From positions 34,667 through 98,666 of the forward strand of contig MHTH01000005.1 of assembly GCA_001823055.1 (NCBI GenBank): a stretch of DNA of 64,000 nucleotides, given 5' to 3'. Both the position numbers and the translations under genes were made by a program. Under the pieces are notes generated by a model. It was not told the DNA's origin and searched no databases. It saw only the letters and a program-made list of their open reading frames with translations. Source of the DNA: Candidatus Vogelbacteria bacterium RIFOXYB1_FULL_42_16 (GTDB lineage Bacteria; Patescibacteriota; Minisyncoccia; Phycocordibacterales; XYD1-FULL-46-19). Numbering within the stretch: position 1 is the stretch's first letter; the number at the start of each line of letters is the position of its first letter. This document shows, one piece after another, positions 6,801-16,966 of this stretch.

Positions 6801-8684
6801 ATGTCTTCTCCACAGACGATTAATTATTTTGGTCAAACTGATTTTCGCGGTCGCAAGACTCGTTTTGGCATTAAGGCTGATGATCGCGCTCGCCATATGT
6901 ATATTATCGGCAAGACCGGTATGGGCAAATCAACCATGTTGGAAAACATGGCCATTCAAGATATTAAAAATGGCGAGGGCATGGCTTTTATTGATCCACA
7001 CGGTAAAACCGCCGAACTTCTGCTTGATTATGTGCCACAGGAGCGAATCAAAGATGTTATTTATTTTGCGCCGTTTGATTTGAATTACCCGATTTCTTTC
7101 AATGTGATGGAGGATGTGGGCAAAGATCAACGACACTTAGTGGCCAATGGCTTGATGGCGACTTTCAAAAAAATCTGGCCCGATGTTTGGTCGGCGCGAA
7201 TGGAATATATTTTGAACAATACTATTCTGGCGTTATTGGAATATCCGAATTCGACTTTGTTGGGAGTCAATCGGATGTTGTCGGATAAAAGTTATCGCGA
7301 TGAAGTGGTTAACAATATCTCTGATCCATCGGTCAAATCCTTTTGGGTGGATGAATTTGCCAAATACAATGAGCGATATATGCAAGAAGCCGGCGATGCG
7401 ATCAAAAACAAAATTGGTCAGTTTACTTCCAACCCGCTGATTCGTAATATCATCGGTCAACCGAAATCGACGATCGATATGCGGGCGGTGATGGATGATA
7501 AAAAGATTTTGATAATCAACTTGTCGAAAGGCCGAGTCGGTGAGCAGAACGCCAGTTTGTTGGGTGGGATGATTATCACTAAAATTTATCTCTCGGCCAT
7601 GTCGCGCGCTAATGCTTCCGAAGAAGAGTTGCGTCGTTTACCCTATTTTTATTTTTTTGTGGATGAATTTCAGTCTTTCGTCAACGATTCTTTTGCTGAT
7701 ATTTTATCGGAAGCACGGAAATATAAATTAAGTTTGACGATTGCTCACCAATATGTTGAACAAATGCCAGAAACGGTACGGAGCGCAGTCTTTGGCAACG
7801 TCGGCACGACGATTTGTTTTCGCGTCGGTCCGTTTGACGCCACGTTGTTAGAAGAAATGTTCTCGCCGACTTTTATGAAAGAAGATTTAGTCAATCTTGG
7901 TTTCGCGCAGATCTATTTAACTATGTCGATCGATGGTGTCGGCTCGCCACCTTTTTCGGCCGTGACTTTACCACCAATTGCTACCGCCGAAGAAAGTTAT
8001 AAACCGCGAATTGTAGAATTTTCGCGGGCGGCTTATGCTATGCCGAGAGAAAAAGTAGAAATTGCTATCAATGACTGGCATGAATTAAAATTTGTGACTA
8101 AAAAAAATACCACTAGTCCTTCCAGTCAGAGTAAAGATTTTTCCGCTAGAAAAACCGCCGAACCGTCGATTAAAAAAACGGAGAATCAAGAAAATAAAAG
8201 ATCAGAACCAATAGAGACCAAAAAAGAATCGGTGCCGGTTTCGACTAGACCGCTCAAACCTGCTTCCTTGAATCAACTTCGAAACGATCACCATAAAACA
8301 GTCGGTGGTCACCGTGAAGCTTTACGGAATGCCCTGCAAGACGTCTTAGCCTCCGTGGTGCAAAAAGAAAAACCAGCCGAAAAATCGGCACCAACTATCG
8401 ACGAGAAGGTAGCTAAAGATAAAAGGGGGATTGAGATAGAGAAAAAAGATCCGGTGGCTATTGATGAGGTAAAACCCGCCGACACTAAAAGCTATGGCGA
8501 GGCAAAGCCCGCTTTCACTGAAAGTTCCGGCGAGGCGAAACCAGTCTCCGCCAAAGGCTCCCAGCCTCCACAAAGTTTCGGCGGGCAGGCCGGCGAGGCG
8601 AGACCCGCCTCCGCCAAAGGCTATGGCGAGGCGAGGGAGGCGCCAGCCGAGCTCTTGAAAAAAATCCTGGCTGGTGAAGAATAG
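6801..8684 (+). CDS. TrwB/TraD/HerA-like P-loop ATPase (T4SS coupling-protein-like)
   Basis: Walker A GKTGMGKS, IDPHG, Walker B FFVDEFQ, LSEARKY, AHQY. Low-complexity C-terminal tail. Confidence 0.85.
   Translation: MSSPQTINYFGQTDFRGRKTRFGIKADDRARHMYIIGKTGMGKSTMLENMAIQDIKNGEGMAFIDPHGKTAELLLDYVPQERIKDVIYFAPFDLNYPISFNVMEDVGKDQRHLVANGLMATFKKIWPDVWSARMEYILNNTILALLEYPNSTLLGVNRMLSDKSYRDEVVNNISDPSVKSFWVDEFAKYNERYMQEAGDAIKNKIGQFTSNPLIRNIIGQPKSTIDMRAVMDDKKILIINLSKGRVGEQNASLLGGMIITKIYLSAMSRANASEEELRRLPYFYFFVDEFQSFVNDSFADILSEARKYKLSLTIAHQYVEQMPETVRSAVFGNVGTTICFRVGPFDATLLEEMFSPTFMKEDLVNLGFAQIYLTMSIDGVGSPPFSAVTLPPIATAEESYKPRIVEFSRAAYAMPREKVEIAINDWHELKFVTKKNTTSPSSQSKDFSARKTAEPSIKKTENQENKRSEPIETKKESVPVSTRPLKPASLNQLRNDHHKTVGGHREALRNALQDVLASVVQKEKPAEKSAPTIDEKVAKDKRGIEIEKKDPVAIDEVKPADTKSYGEAKPAFTESSGEAKPVSAKGSQPPQSFGGQAGEARPASAKGYGEAREAPAELLKKILAGEE
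8475..8636 (+). repeat. Four 33-bp units plus a nested 30-bp unit in the ATPase tail
   Basis: Units 8475-8507, 8508-8540, 8541-8560+8591-8603 and 8604-8636; insert 8561-8590. Confidence 0.9.
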
Positions 8685-8688
8685 CTCT

Positions 8689-9813
8689 ATGAGACGAATT
8701 TTAATCTATTCAACCGCTTATTTCCCTCTGGTGGGTGGAGCCGAAGTGGCGATTAGAGAATTGACCGATCGCTTGCCAGAAGACGATTTCGAGCTCATAA
8801 CGGCTCGTTTAAGGCCAAATTTGCCCCGTAGAGAGCAGATTGGACGGGTTTTGGTCCATCGCTTTGGTTTGGGTTTTTTCGGCGACAAAGCCCTCTTGGC
8901 ACTCTTTGGCGGTTTTTATGGTTGGTCATTACACCAGAAAAAACCTTTTGACTTAGTCTGGGGGGTGATGGCTAGTTTTGGTGGTTTTGGCGCCCTAGCT
9001 TTCAAAAAACGGGAACCGAGCGTGCCATTTTTATTGACTTTGCAAGAGGGTGACGAGCTTAAAGAAATTGAACATAAGGCGCGCTTCCTTCGAGGTCATT
9101 TTGTTGATATTTTTCGTCGCGCCGATCATATCCAAGCGATTTCCAATTATTTGGCCGATTGGGCTAGAAAATTAGGTGCCAGTTGCCCAATCGAGGTGGT
9201 GCCAAACGGCGTTGATTTAAAAAAGTTTAAATTGATTGCTAAAAAGGCCGATAAAAATTTTAATGAGAAAATAATCGTCTCGGCTTCGCGTTTGGTGAAG
9301 AAAAATGGTTTAGCTGATCTGGTCTTAGCTTTAAAGTTTTTGCCGAGCCACGTGAAATTATGGCTTTTGGGTGAAGGTGAGGAACAAAAATATTTAAAGC
9401 AATTGATCGAAGAAAGTGGTTTAAACAGTCGAGTCAAGATGCTCGGCTTTATGTCGCCGGAAAAATTACCTGAATTTTATGCTCAAGTCGATATTTTTGC
9501 CCGGCCGTCTCATTCAGAGGGTCTAGGTAACGCTTTTTTGGAAGCGATGGCCTGTGGTTTGCCAGTGGTGGGAACAAGGGTGGGCGGGATTGCTGATTTT
9601 TTGGTTGATAAAGAAACCGGTTTTGTTTGTGAAGTGGCCAATCCGGAAAATGTCGCTAGCAAGATTTCTTATATTCTTGATCCGCAAAATGAAAGCGAAG
9701 TAAATGATATTTTGGCGCGAGCGAAAAAAATGATTATCGAAAAATATGATTGGGATATTTTAGCGCCAAAATTTGAGAATATTTTTACCAAATTATGTCT
9801 GAAAAACCAGTAA
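8689..9813 (+). CDS. Glycosyltransferase family 4
   Basis: GGAE N-terminus; EGLGNAFLEAMACG motif. Confidence 0.92.
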   Translation: MRRILIYSTAYFPLVGGAEVAIRELTDRLPEDDFELITARLRPNLPRREQIGRVLVHRFGLGFFGDKALLALFGGFYGWSLHQKKPFDLVWGVMASFGGFGALAFKKREPSVPFLLTLQEGDELKEIEHKARFLRGHFVDIFRRADHIQAISNYLADWARKLGASCPIEVVPNGVDLKKFKLIAKKADKNFNEKIIVSASRLVKKNGLADLVLALKFLPSHVKLWLLGEGEEQKYLKQLIEESGLNSRVKMLGFMSPEKLPEFYAQVDIFARPSHSEGLGNAFLEAMACGLPVVGTRVGGIADFLVDKETGFVCEVANPENVASKISYILDPQNESEVNDILARAKKMIIEKYDWDILAPKFENIFTKLCLKNQ

Positions 9814-10928
9814 TTTTAATCGCGACGGGTTTATTTCCGCCGGATATTGGCGGTCCCGCCACTTATTCCAAGATTCTAGCTGAAGAATTGCCGGCGCGTG
9901 GTTTTGAGGTGAAAATTTTAAGTTTTGGTGAAGTGAGAAAATATCCGAAAATTATTCGTCATTTTATTTATTTTTTAAAAATCATCAAACGAGGTTGGTC
10001 GGCGGATATTATTTATGCCCAAGATCCGGTCTCGGTCGGTTTGCCGGTCATGTTCGCTAGTTTTTGTTTAGGGCGATCGTATTGGCTCAAGGTGGTCGGC
10101 GATTATGCTTGGGAGCAGGGTAGCCAACGAGCGGGAGTGATGGAAATGTTGGATATTTTTTCAGCTAAAAAAACTGACGATAGTTTTTTGGTTAGGATTT
10201 TAAAATCTACCCAGACTTTAGTGGCGAAAAGAGCTAAAAAAATTATTGTGCCGAGTCAGTATCTTAAAAAGATTATTAGTAATTGGGGGATCAATTCGGA
10301 AAAAGTTAAAGTTATTTACAATGCTTTTGAGGGCAAAAATTTAGAATTAAATCTTGATCAGGCTCGACTAGAATTGGGTTTGGATTTGGGTGATAAAATT
10401 TTAATCAGTGTCGGTCGATTGGTGCCATGGAAAGGCTTTTTGACCTTAATCGCGATTATGCCAAAAATTTTAGTCAAATATCCTTCGACCAAACTATTGA
10501 TTGTTGGTGATGGGCCGGAAGAAAATAATTTAGCAGACCAAATTAAAGAAAATAATTTAGAAAAATCAATCATCATGTTGGGACGATTGGAACAATTAAA
10601 ACTTTTTAAATACCTTCGAACGGCCGATCTTTTTATTCTCAATACTGCTTACGAAGGTTTTTCTCATCAGTTATTGGAAGTGATGAACTTGGGTACCCCG
10701 ATTGCGACTACTCGGATTGGTGGCAATCCGGAATTAATTAATGATAGTAAGAATGGTTTGTTGTTTGGGTATGACAATCAAGAGGAAATTTTTTTGGCGA
10801 TTGATAAGATTTTTACCGATCAGACCTTGGCCGATAATTTGGTGTCTAGTGCCAAAGAAACCGCTAAAGGTTTTACCCGTGCTAAAATGGTAGATAGTTT
10901 AGTGACCGAATTTAAAAAATGCGAATAA
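9795..10928 (+). CDS. Glycosyltransferase family 4
   Basis: PPDIGGPATY; VGRLVPWKG; EGFSHQLLE. Confidence 0.92.
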   Translation: MSEKPVILIATGLFPPDIGGPATYSKILAEELPARGFEVKILSFGEVRKYPKIIRHFIYFLKIIKRGWSADIIYAQDPVSVGLPVMFASFCLGRSYWLKVVGDYAWEQGSQRAGVMEMLDIFSAKKTDDSFLVRILKSTQTLVAKRAKKIIVPSQYLKKIISNWGINSEKVKVIYNAFEGKNLELNLDQARLELGLDLGDKILISVGRLVPWKGFLTLIAIMPKILVKYPSTKLLIVGDGPEENNLADQIKENNLEKSIIMLGRLEQLKLFKYLRTADLFILNTAYEGFSHQLLEVMNLGTPIATTRIGGNPELINDSKNGLLFGYDNQEEIFLAIDKIFTDQTLADNLVSSAKETAKGFTRAKMVDSLVTEFKKCE

Positions 10929-10932
10929 AAAG

Positions 10933-11051
10933 ATGAGTCCTGTTAGAAACCGCGATCGCGGCAGAGATAAAACAAATAATATGCAAATAAATTACCAGAA
11001 ATTAGTTAATACAGTAAACGATCGAGAGATCGCGATCTGTTTCTAACAGGA
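10933..11051. mobile_element. ~120-bp inverted-repeat element (copy 1) abutting a start codon
   Basis: TCCTGTTAGAAAC (10938-10950) / GTTTCTAACAGGA (11039-11051). GATGAG on both sides. Homologous to 13020-13141. Confidence 0.75.
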
Positions 11052-12160
11052 TGAGAGTTTTAAGTCTAAGTAATGATCAAAGTTTGTTTAATGATCAATC
11101 GGTGGCTTCTAGGCGCTTGATTGGTTATGGGACGATCGTGGCACGTTTGATGGTGGTCGTGCCGAATCGTTATGATCTTCGTCATGAATTGTCGGATAAG
11201 GTGGAAGTGGTGGGGGTGGGCGGTTGGAGCAAAGAAATAATTTGGTGGCGGTTATGGAAAAAAGCCGGCAAAATTTTAAGTCATGATAATTTTACGCTCA
11301 TTACCGTTCAAGATACTTATTTTATTGCCCTCATCGCTTGGCGCTTGGCGCGAAAATTTAGGTTGCCTTTAGAGATTCAAGTTCACGGCTTCGAGCGTTT
11401 TCATGATGTAAGGAAGTTTTTGGCCAGATTTTTATTACCGCGAGCTGATGGCGTGCGGGTGGTTAGCCAGAGATTAAAGCAGACTTTGGTCGAAGATTTC
11501 AAAGTTCCGGAGGGAAAAATTTCCGTGGTGCCGATTTTTTCTGATTTTAAATGTGAAAAAATTGCTAGTGAAATTTCAACATCAGACAGTGTTTTTTCGG
11601 CTAAAAATCAGGATGAATTTATTTTTTTAACCGTCTCGCGATTAGTCAAAGTTAAAAAGATTGAGACACAAATTGAAGCTTTGCGAGAAATCAGAACTTT
11701 GCATCCAGAAGCAAAATTGTGGATTGTTGGCGACGGTCCAGAGAGAGCCAGTCTAGAACGCTTGGTGGCGGTGATGGGGTTACAGGAAGCGGTTAGGTTT
11801 TGGGGGCGACAAGATGATTTGGCTAATTTTTATCAAACCGCCGATGTCTTTATTTTGACTTCGGATAGTGAAGGTTGGGGTCTGGCGGTCATCGAAGCGG
11901 GGATTTGTGGCTTGCCGGTTTTAATGACGGATGTCGGCTTGGCCGGAGAAGTTGTCATCACTAACGAATCTGGTCTAGTGGTGCCGATTGGCGACTTAGG
12001 TGCTTTGGTGGCCAATATGAGACTAATGATTGAAGATCAAAATTTGCGCCAAACATTAGCCTCAGGATTGAATCTGGTTATTAAAAAATTACCTAATAAA
12101 AATGAGACCTTGGAACTTTACAGACGGGGTTGGGAAAGATTACTATCAAGAAATGGATAA
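11051..12160 (+). CDS. Glycosyltransferase family 4
   Basis: VSRLVKVK; EGWGLAVIEA. Confidence 0.92.
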   Translation: MRVLSLSNDQSLFNDQSVASRRLIGYGTIVARLMVVVPNRYDLRHELSDKVEVVGVGGWSKEIIWWRLWKKAGKILSHDNFTLITVQDTYFIALIAWRLARKFRLPLEIQVHGFERFHDVRKFLARFLLPRADGVRVVSQRLKQTLVEDFKVPEGKISVVPIFSDFKCEKIASEISTSDSVFSAKNQDEFIFLTVSRLVKVKKIETQIEALREIRTLHPEAKLWIVGDGPERASLERLVAVMGLQEAVRFWGRQDDLANFYQTADVFILTSDSEGWGLAVIEAGICGLPVLMTDVGLAGEVVITNESGLVVPIGDLGALVANMRLMIEDQNLRQTLASGLNLVIKKLPNKNETLELYRRGWERLLSRNG

Positions 12161-13013
12161 TCATAAACTGAAAATCGGTTTTGTCGGCCAAGGTTGGATC
12201 GGTAAAAATTACGCTGATAATTTTGAGGAACGCGGTTTTGAGGTGATTCGTTATGCTTTAGAAAATGGTTATGATGGCAATAAAGACAAAATTAAAGATT
12301 GCGATATCGTTTTTATTGCTGTACCCACCCCGACAACGCCGAAGGGTTTCGACGACAGTATTGTTCGTCAAGCCGTGGCTTTGGTCGGTCAAGGTAAAAT
12401 CGCGGTCATTAAATCAACTATTTTGCCCGGTACGACCGAATCAATCCAAAAACAATATCCAGAGGTTTTTGTTTTTCATTCGCCGGAATTTTTGACGGAA
12501 AGAACTGCCGCTTATGATGTGGCTAATCCCGGGCGAAATATCATCGGTAGTCCGATTGAGAGTGGGGAATATACTAAAAAAGCCGAAGAAGTCTTGGCGA
12601 TTTTACCGCCGGCGCCATTGGTAAAAATTTGTCGCGCTCGCGAAGCTGAATTATTCAAATATGGTCGGAATTGTTTTTTCTTTACCAAAGTTATTTTTAT
12701 GAATTTACTCTATGATTTGGCGGAGAAAAATGATTGTCGCTGGGAGGTGTTGCATGAGATTATGACCGCTGACCCTTGGATTGGCAATATGCATATTGAC
12801 CCGATTCATAAAAGTGGTCGTGGGGCCGGTGGCCATTGTTTTATCAAAGATTTTTCTTCTTTTGTCGATTTTTATCAAAAAACTGTGGGCGACAAAGAAG
12901 GTGGCGAAGTTTTGAAAGCTAATCTTAATAAAAACATGAAATTATTACTTGATTCGGGTAAAGACCTTGATTTATTGCGAGGCGTTCATGGAGATGACAT
13001 CATTCCTACCTAA
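12153..13013 (+). CDS. UDP-glucose/GDP-mannose dehydrogenase family protein (short form)
   Basis: GQGWIG, FIAVPTP, IKSTILPG, SPEFLTE, GGHCFIKD. Lacks the C-terminal UDP-binding domain. Confidence 0.85.
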   Translation: MDNHKLKIGFVGQGWIGKNYADNFEERGFEVIRYALENGYDGNKDKIKDCDIVFIAVPTPTTPKGFDDSIVRQAVALVGQGKIAVIKSTILPGTTESIQKQYPEVFVFHSPEFLTERTAAYDVANPGRNIIGSPIESGEYTKKAEEVLAILPPAPLVKICRAREAELFKYGRNCFFFTKVIFMNLLYDLAEKNDCRWEVLHEIMTADPWIGNMHIDPIHKSGRGAGGHCFIKDFSSFVDFYQKTVGDKEGGEVLKANLNKNMKLLLDSGKDLDLLRGVHGDDIIPT

Positions 13014-13019
13014 AAATAG

Positions 13020-13141
13020 ATGAATCCCGTTAGAGGCCACGATCACTAGTAAGATTAAAAAATGTATCATAAACCAAACAATTACCAGAGCTTAATTTAT
13101 TTAGAAAACGATTTAGTGGTCGTGATCTGCCTTTAACGGGA
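13020..13141. mobile_element. ~120-bp inverted-repeat element (copy 2) abutting a start codon
   Basis: TCCCGTTAGAGGC (13025-13037) / GCCTTTAACGGGA (13129-13141). GATGAA on both sides. Confidence 0.75.
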
Positions 13142-14187
13142 TGAAATTATTGATTATTACCCAAAAAGTGGACATTAATGATCCGATCCTCGGCTTTTTT
13201 CATCGGTGGATTGAGGAATTTGCTAAACATGGCGAAAAAGTGACGGTAATTTGTTTACAGCAAGGGGAATATCATTTACCAGCCGAAGTGCGAGTTCTAT
13301 CTTTAGGTAAGGAAAATGGTCAATCTCGCTTGAAGTATCTTTGGAATTTTTACAAATATCTTTGGCAAGAGCGCAAAAATTATGACAAAGTTTTTGTGCA
13401 TATGAACCCAGTTTATATTATTTTGGCTGGTTGGTGGTGGCAATTGGCCAATAAATTAGTTTTTCTCTGGTATACTCATCGCCAAGTTGATTTAAAATTG
13501 AGAATAGCCGAAAAATTTGTTAATAAAATATTTACCGCCGCTCCAGAAAGTTTTACTTTAGTTAGTAAAAAAGTCTGTGTGGTAGGCCACGGCATTGATG
13601 TTGGCGCTTTTGCTTGCCCAATTCGTAATATTGATAATCAAAAAATTAATTTGCTTCATGTGGGCAGAATTACTAGAATTAAAAATTGTGATATCTTCAT
13701 CGAGGCTGTTCGATTGCTGCGTGAAAATTACCAGCGATCAGTTAAAGCGGTTTTTATCGGCGAAGCTGTGACAGTGGATGATGTTGTTTATAAACAAAAA
13801 TTACTAAATCAAATCAATCAATCTGGCCTCGATGGAGTGGTTGAATTTCGAGGCAGTGTCGCTAATCGGGAGATGCGAGAACAGTATTGTATGGCTGATT
13901 TGACTGTCAATTTGACCCCGACCGGCGGAATCGATAAATCGGTTTTGGAATCGATGGCGGCTGGTGCACCAGTGCTGACCTCTAACCAAGCTTTTAGATA
14001 TTATTTTGGAGAATATGCTAGTACTCTTTTGTTTATAGAGAGAGATGCGGGTGATTTGGCCAGCAAAATCGCTGAACTAGTTTTTAATAAAGATTTTCAG
14101 CAAATTGGTGTTAATTTAAAAAAAATAGTTTCAGAAAGGTCTGATGTAAAGAATTTGATTAAAAAAATGGTTAGTCAAATGTCATGA
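13141..14187 (+). CDS. Glycosyltransferase family 4
   Basis: VGRITRIK; GGIDKSVLESMAAG. Confidence 0.9.
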   Translation: MKLLIITQKVDINDPILGFFHRWIEEFAKHGEKVTVICLQQGEYHLPAEVRVLSLGKENGQSRLKYLWNFYKYLWQERKNYDKVFVHMNPVYIILAGWWWQLANKLVFLWYTHRQVDLKLRIAEKFVNKIFTAAPESFTLVSKKVCVVGHGIDVGAFACPIRNIDNQKINLLHVGRITRIKNCDIFIEAVRLLRENYQRSVKAVFIGEAVTVDDVVYKQKLLNQINQSGLDGVVEFRGSVANREMREQYCMADLTVNLTPTGGIDKSVLESMAAGAPVLTSNQAFRYYFGEYASTLLFIERDAGDLASKIAELVFNKDFQQIGVNLKKIVSERSDVKNLIKKMVSQMS

Positions 14188-15251
14188 AGACGATTTGTTT
14201 TTTTGGTATCTATGATCGCAATTATTCTCGAAACAGAATTTTGATGGTTGGTTTTAAAAAAAATAATTGGCAGGTGATTGAGTGTCTGGTTGATCCTAAA
14301 AAATATCATGGCTGGAAAAAATACTGGCAATTATTAAATGAACGCAAGCTTTTAAATATTGAACCAGACCTCGTTTTGGTTGCTTATCCTGGTCAAACAA
14401 TGGTTTGGTTGGCTCGCTTGTTATTTTTGCGCAAGTTACTCGTTTTTGATGCTTTTACCTCACTATATGACTCCAATGTTTTTGATCGCCGACTTTATGG
14501 TCAGTGGAGCTGGAGAGGTGGTCGAGATTTTTTATTAGATTGGCACAGTTTGTTTTTAGCCGATAGAGTTTTAGTTGACACGCATCGAAATGCTAAATAT
14601 TTTCAAAAAACTTTTAGGATTAAGGCAAAAAAATTCATCAGAGTTTTTGTCGGCACAACCATTGGTAGTGAATTTTTGACTGAAGAAAAACGCAAAAAAG
14701 ATGACAATATCTTCCTAGTCCATTTTCATGGGCACTACATTCCTTTACAGGGGATAGAGTATATAGTAAAAGCGGCCAAAATTTTAGAAAAAGAAAAAGA
14801 CATAAAATTTAGGATTATTGGCCATGGTCAAGAGTTTGGAAAAATTTCTCAATTAGTTGAAAGGTTAAAATCCGTCAATATTGAATTTTCCCTGGAGGTT
14901 TCTTTTGTTGCTTTAAAACAGATGATACTCGAATCGGATCTAGTCTTAGGTATTTTTGGTATTACGCCAAAAGCTGAACGGGTTATACCCAACAAGGTTT
15001 TTGAAGGGTTGGCTCTAGGTAAGGCTGTTCTAACTGCTGATACGCCAGCTATCCGCGAACTTCTTATTGACGGAGAGAATGTGTTATTATGTCAAGCGGG
15101 CAATCCGAAAGATTTAGCCCAAAAAATTATTTTTTTACACGAGAATCCAAGATTGGCTGAGAAAATTGCCACTAATGGTCAGAACTTAATTGTCCGGGAA
15201 ATTAACCCCCAAAAATTAGTAAAAAAATTAATCTTCAATCTTAATATCTAA
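14184..15251 (+). CDS. Glycosyltransferase family 4
   Basis: FHGHYIPLQG; IPNKVFEGLALG. Confidence 0.88.
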   Translation: MKTICFFGIYDRNYSRNRILMVGFKKNNWQVIECLVDPKKYHGWKKYWQLLNERKLLNIEPDLVLVAYPGQTMVWLARLLFLRKLLVFDAFTSLYDSNVFDRRLYGQWSWRGGRDFLLDWHSLFLADRVLVDTHRNAKYFQKTFRIKAKKFIRVFVGTTIGSEFLTEEKRKKDDNIFLVHFHGHYIPLQGIEYIVKAAKILEKEKDIKFRIIGHGQEFGKISQLVERLKSVNIEFSLEVSFVALKQMILESDLVLGIFGITPKAERVIPNKVFEGLALGKAVLTADTPAIRELLIDGENVLLCQAGNPKDLAQKIIFLHENPRLAEKIATNGQNLIVREINPQKLVKKLIFNLNI

Positions 15252-15266
15252 GTTTTTCAATCGATT

Positions 15267-15959
15267 ATGTTTTATTTTGCCAATACCAGAAAGCCAAATT
15301 TTAATAAAATTGAGAAAATCAACTACAATCGATATTGGCAGGAAAGAGGTTTTGAATTGAACAAAAAATTGAAAGAAAGGGAAGAAATTATCCTTGATCT
15401 TATTCCGGTCGGGGCAAAGGTTTTAGATATTGGTTGCGGTAATTCTCGCTTGCCGGTAGTTCTTAAAGCAAAAGGTTGTTTGCTAACAGTGGCTGATATT
15501 TCGGGTGAAGTGCTGGCCGGTTATCGGCAATATGATCTGGAAGGGTGGATAATTGATTTAGAAAACATCAAGCCTGATTTACCTGATTCTGATTATGACT
15601 TTATAATCTTGAGTGAAGTTTTGGAACATACCACTAATCCGGAGGAGATAATTTTAACACTTAAAAAACACACGAAAAATTTTATCATTACTATTCCCAA
15701 TAGCGCTTTTTACCGCTATCGTTTCCAGCTGATGTTTGTCGGTCGTTTTTTTACTCAATGGGTTTACCATCCGTCCGAGCACTTGCGTTTTTGGTCACAT
15801 CTTGATTTTCTTGATTGGCTAAGAGCTTTAGATTTAAAAATGATTAAAACCATTTCTTCCAACGGCCTTTCTTTTGGTGGCTTGATGCCATGGTTAAAGT
15901 ATATTTGGCCGAATCTGTTTGGCCATCAAATAGTTTATTATTGTTCAGTAAAGAAATAA
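15267..15959 (+). CDS. Class I SAM-dependent methyltransferase
   Basis: VLDIGCG; SEVLEH; TIPN. Confidence 0.9.
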   Translation: MFYFANTRKPNFNKIEKINYNRYWQERGFELNKKLKEREEIILDLIPVGAKVLDIGCGNSRLPVVLKAKGCLLTVADISGEVLAGYRQYDLEGWIIDLENIKPDLPDSDYDFIILSEVLEHTTNPEEIILTLKKHTKNFIITIPNSAFYRYRFQLMFVGRFFTQWVYHPSEHLRFWSHLDFLDWLRALDLKMIKTISSNGLSFGGLMPWLKYIWPNLFGHQIVYYCSVKK

Positions 15960-15966
15960 TAATCAG

Positions 15967-16953
15967 ATGCCAGAAAAAAAATATAAAATAGCGATTATTA
16001 ATCCCTTTCGTCCGGATGGTTTAGCCCGTACTATTTTTGATGGCATCTTATTGCTAAACAAAATTGGATATAATTTTGATTTCAGAATTTCCAGTCGATT
16101 TGATTATCCTTTACTTCTAAATGACCACTTTGTTTCCAAAGATCAGTTTATTAATTTTGCTAAAGACGCTGATCTAGTTTTTCTTATTTGGGGAAAAGAT
16201 AATACGGATATTAAATTGGCTGAAATAATTGATTGTTGGAGAAAGACTGTTTTTATTGACGGATCAGAAGTGGGGAAAAATCGCCGTTATGATTTTATTA
16301 TCCAAAAGAAAATTATTGATGGCCAGTATCAAGATAATGGTGCGATAAATAGAGAAATGCTTAAAAAATGCCCCCTTTATTTCAGGCGAGAGAAGCCTTA
16401 TTCTACTGGCATAGAACCATTGCCATTTGGTATAGAAACTAGATATCTGCAGTCTTATGATAAAAAAATAAAGAAAGACATAGATTTTTTCTGTGTTTTT
16501 GGTCAAGAGGAATACCCATTAATGAGGCGATATGCCCGTGAATTATTGGAAGCTTATTGTGCTAAAAACGGCTTCATTTGTCATACCCAAAAAACAAAAA
16601 CTCCAAAAGAATTTTATCAGCTCTTGGCTCGTTCCAAGGTAGGTATTTCTGTCGGTGGCGGTGGGTATGACAGCTTTCGCTTCTGGGAAATTCTGGGTAA
16701 TAATTGCTTGCTTTTAACTGAAAAAATAGACATTTTTGAATCGAACAGCAGGATGCTTAACTATAAGCGTATTTTTCAGTTTAATAATCTATTCGATTTT
16801 CAATCTCAACTGGAAAAAATAGGAAATTATTTGAAAACAGAATATAAAGCTAGTAATTTAGAAAAAGAATATGAGATTATCCTGAAACAACACGGTACTC
16901 ATTCTAGAGTTAAAAAAATTTTTGAAGTTGCAAAAAGTCGAGGGATCGTATAA
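15967..16953 (+). CDS. Putative glycosyltransferase (GT-B-like C-terminus)
   Basis: LARSKVGISVGGGGYDSFRFWE motif; glycan-cluster context. Confidence 0.6.
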   Translation: MPEKKYKIAIINPFRPDGLARTIFDGILLLNKIGYNFDFRISSRFDYPLLLNDHFVSKDQFINFAKDADLVFLIWGKDNTDIKLAEIIDCWRKTVFIDGSEVGKNRRYDFIIQKKIIDGQYQDNGAINREMLKKCPLYFRREKPYSTGIEPLPFGIETRYLQSYDKKIKKDIDFFCVFGQEEYPLMRRYARELLEAYCAKNGFICHTQKTKTPKEFYQLLARSKVGISVGGGGYDSFRFWEILGNNCLLLTEKIDIFESNSRMLNYKRIFQFNNLFDFQSQLEKIGNYLKTEYKASNLEKEYEIILKQHGTHSRVKKIFEVAKSRGIV

Positions 16954-16966
16954 ATTCTTAAGTATT

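Noticed and set aside
8475-8636. CRISPR array
   Set aside because: Units are head-to-tail and degenerate, without unique spacers. They lie inside a CDS and no cas genes are present.
10938-13141. Integron attC sites
   Set aside because: The hairpins run GTTAGA..TCTAAC, the reverse of the attC RYYYAAC..GTTRRRY order, and there is no integrase in the window.
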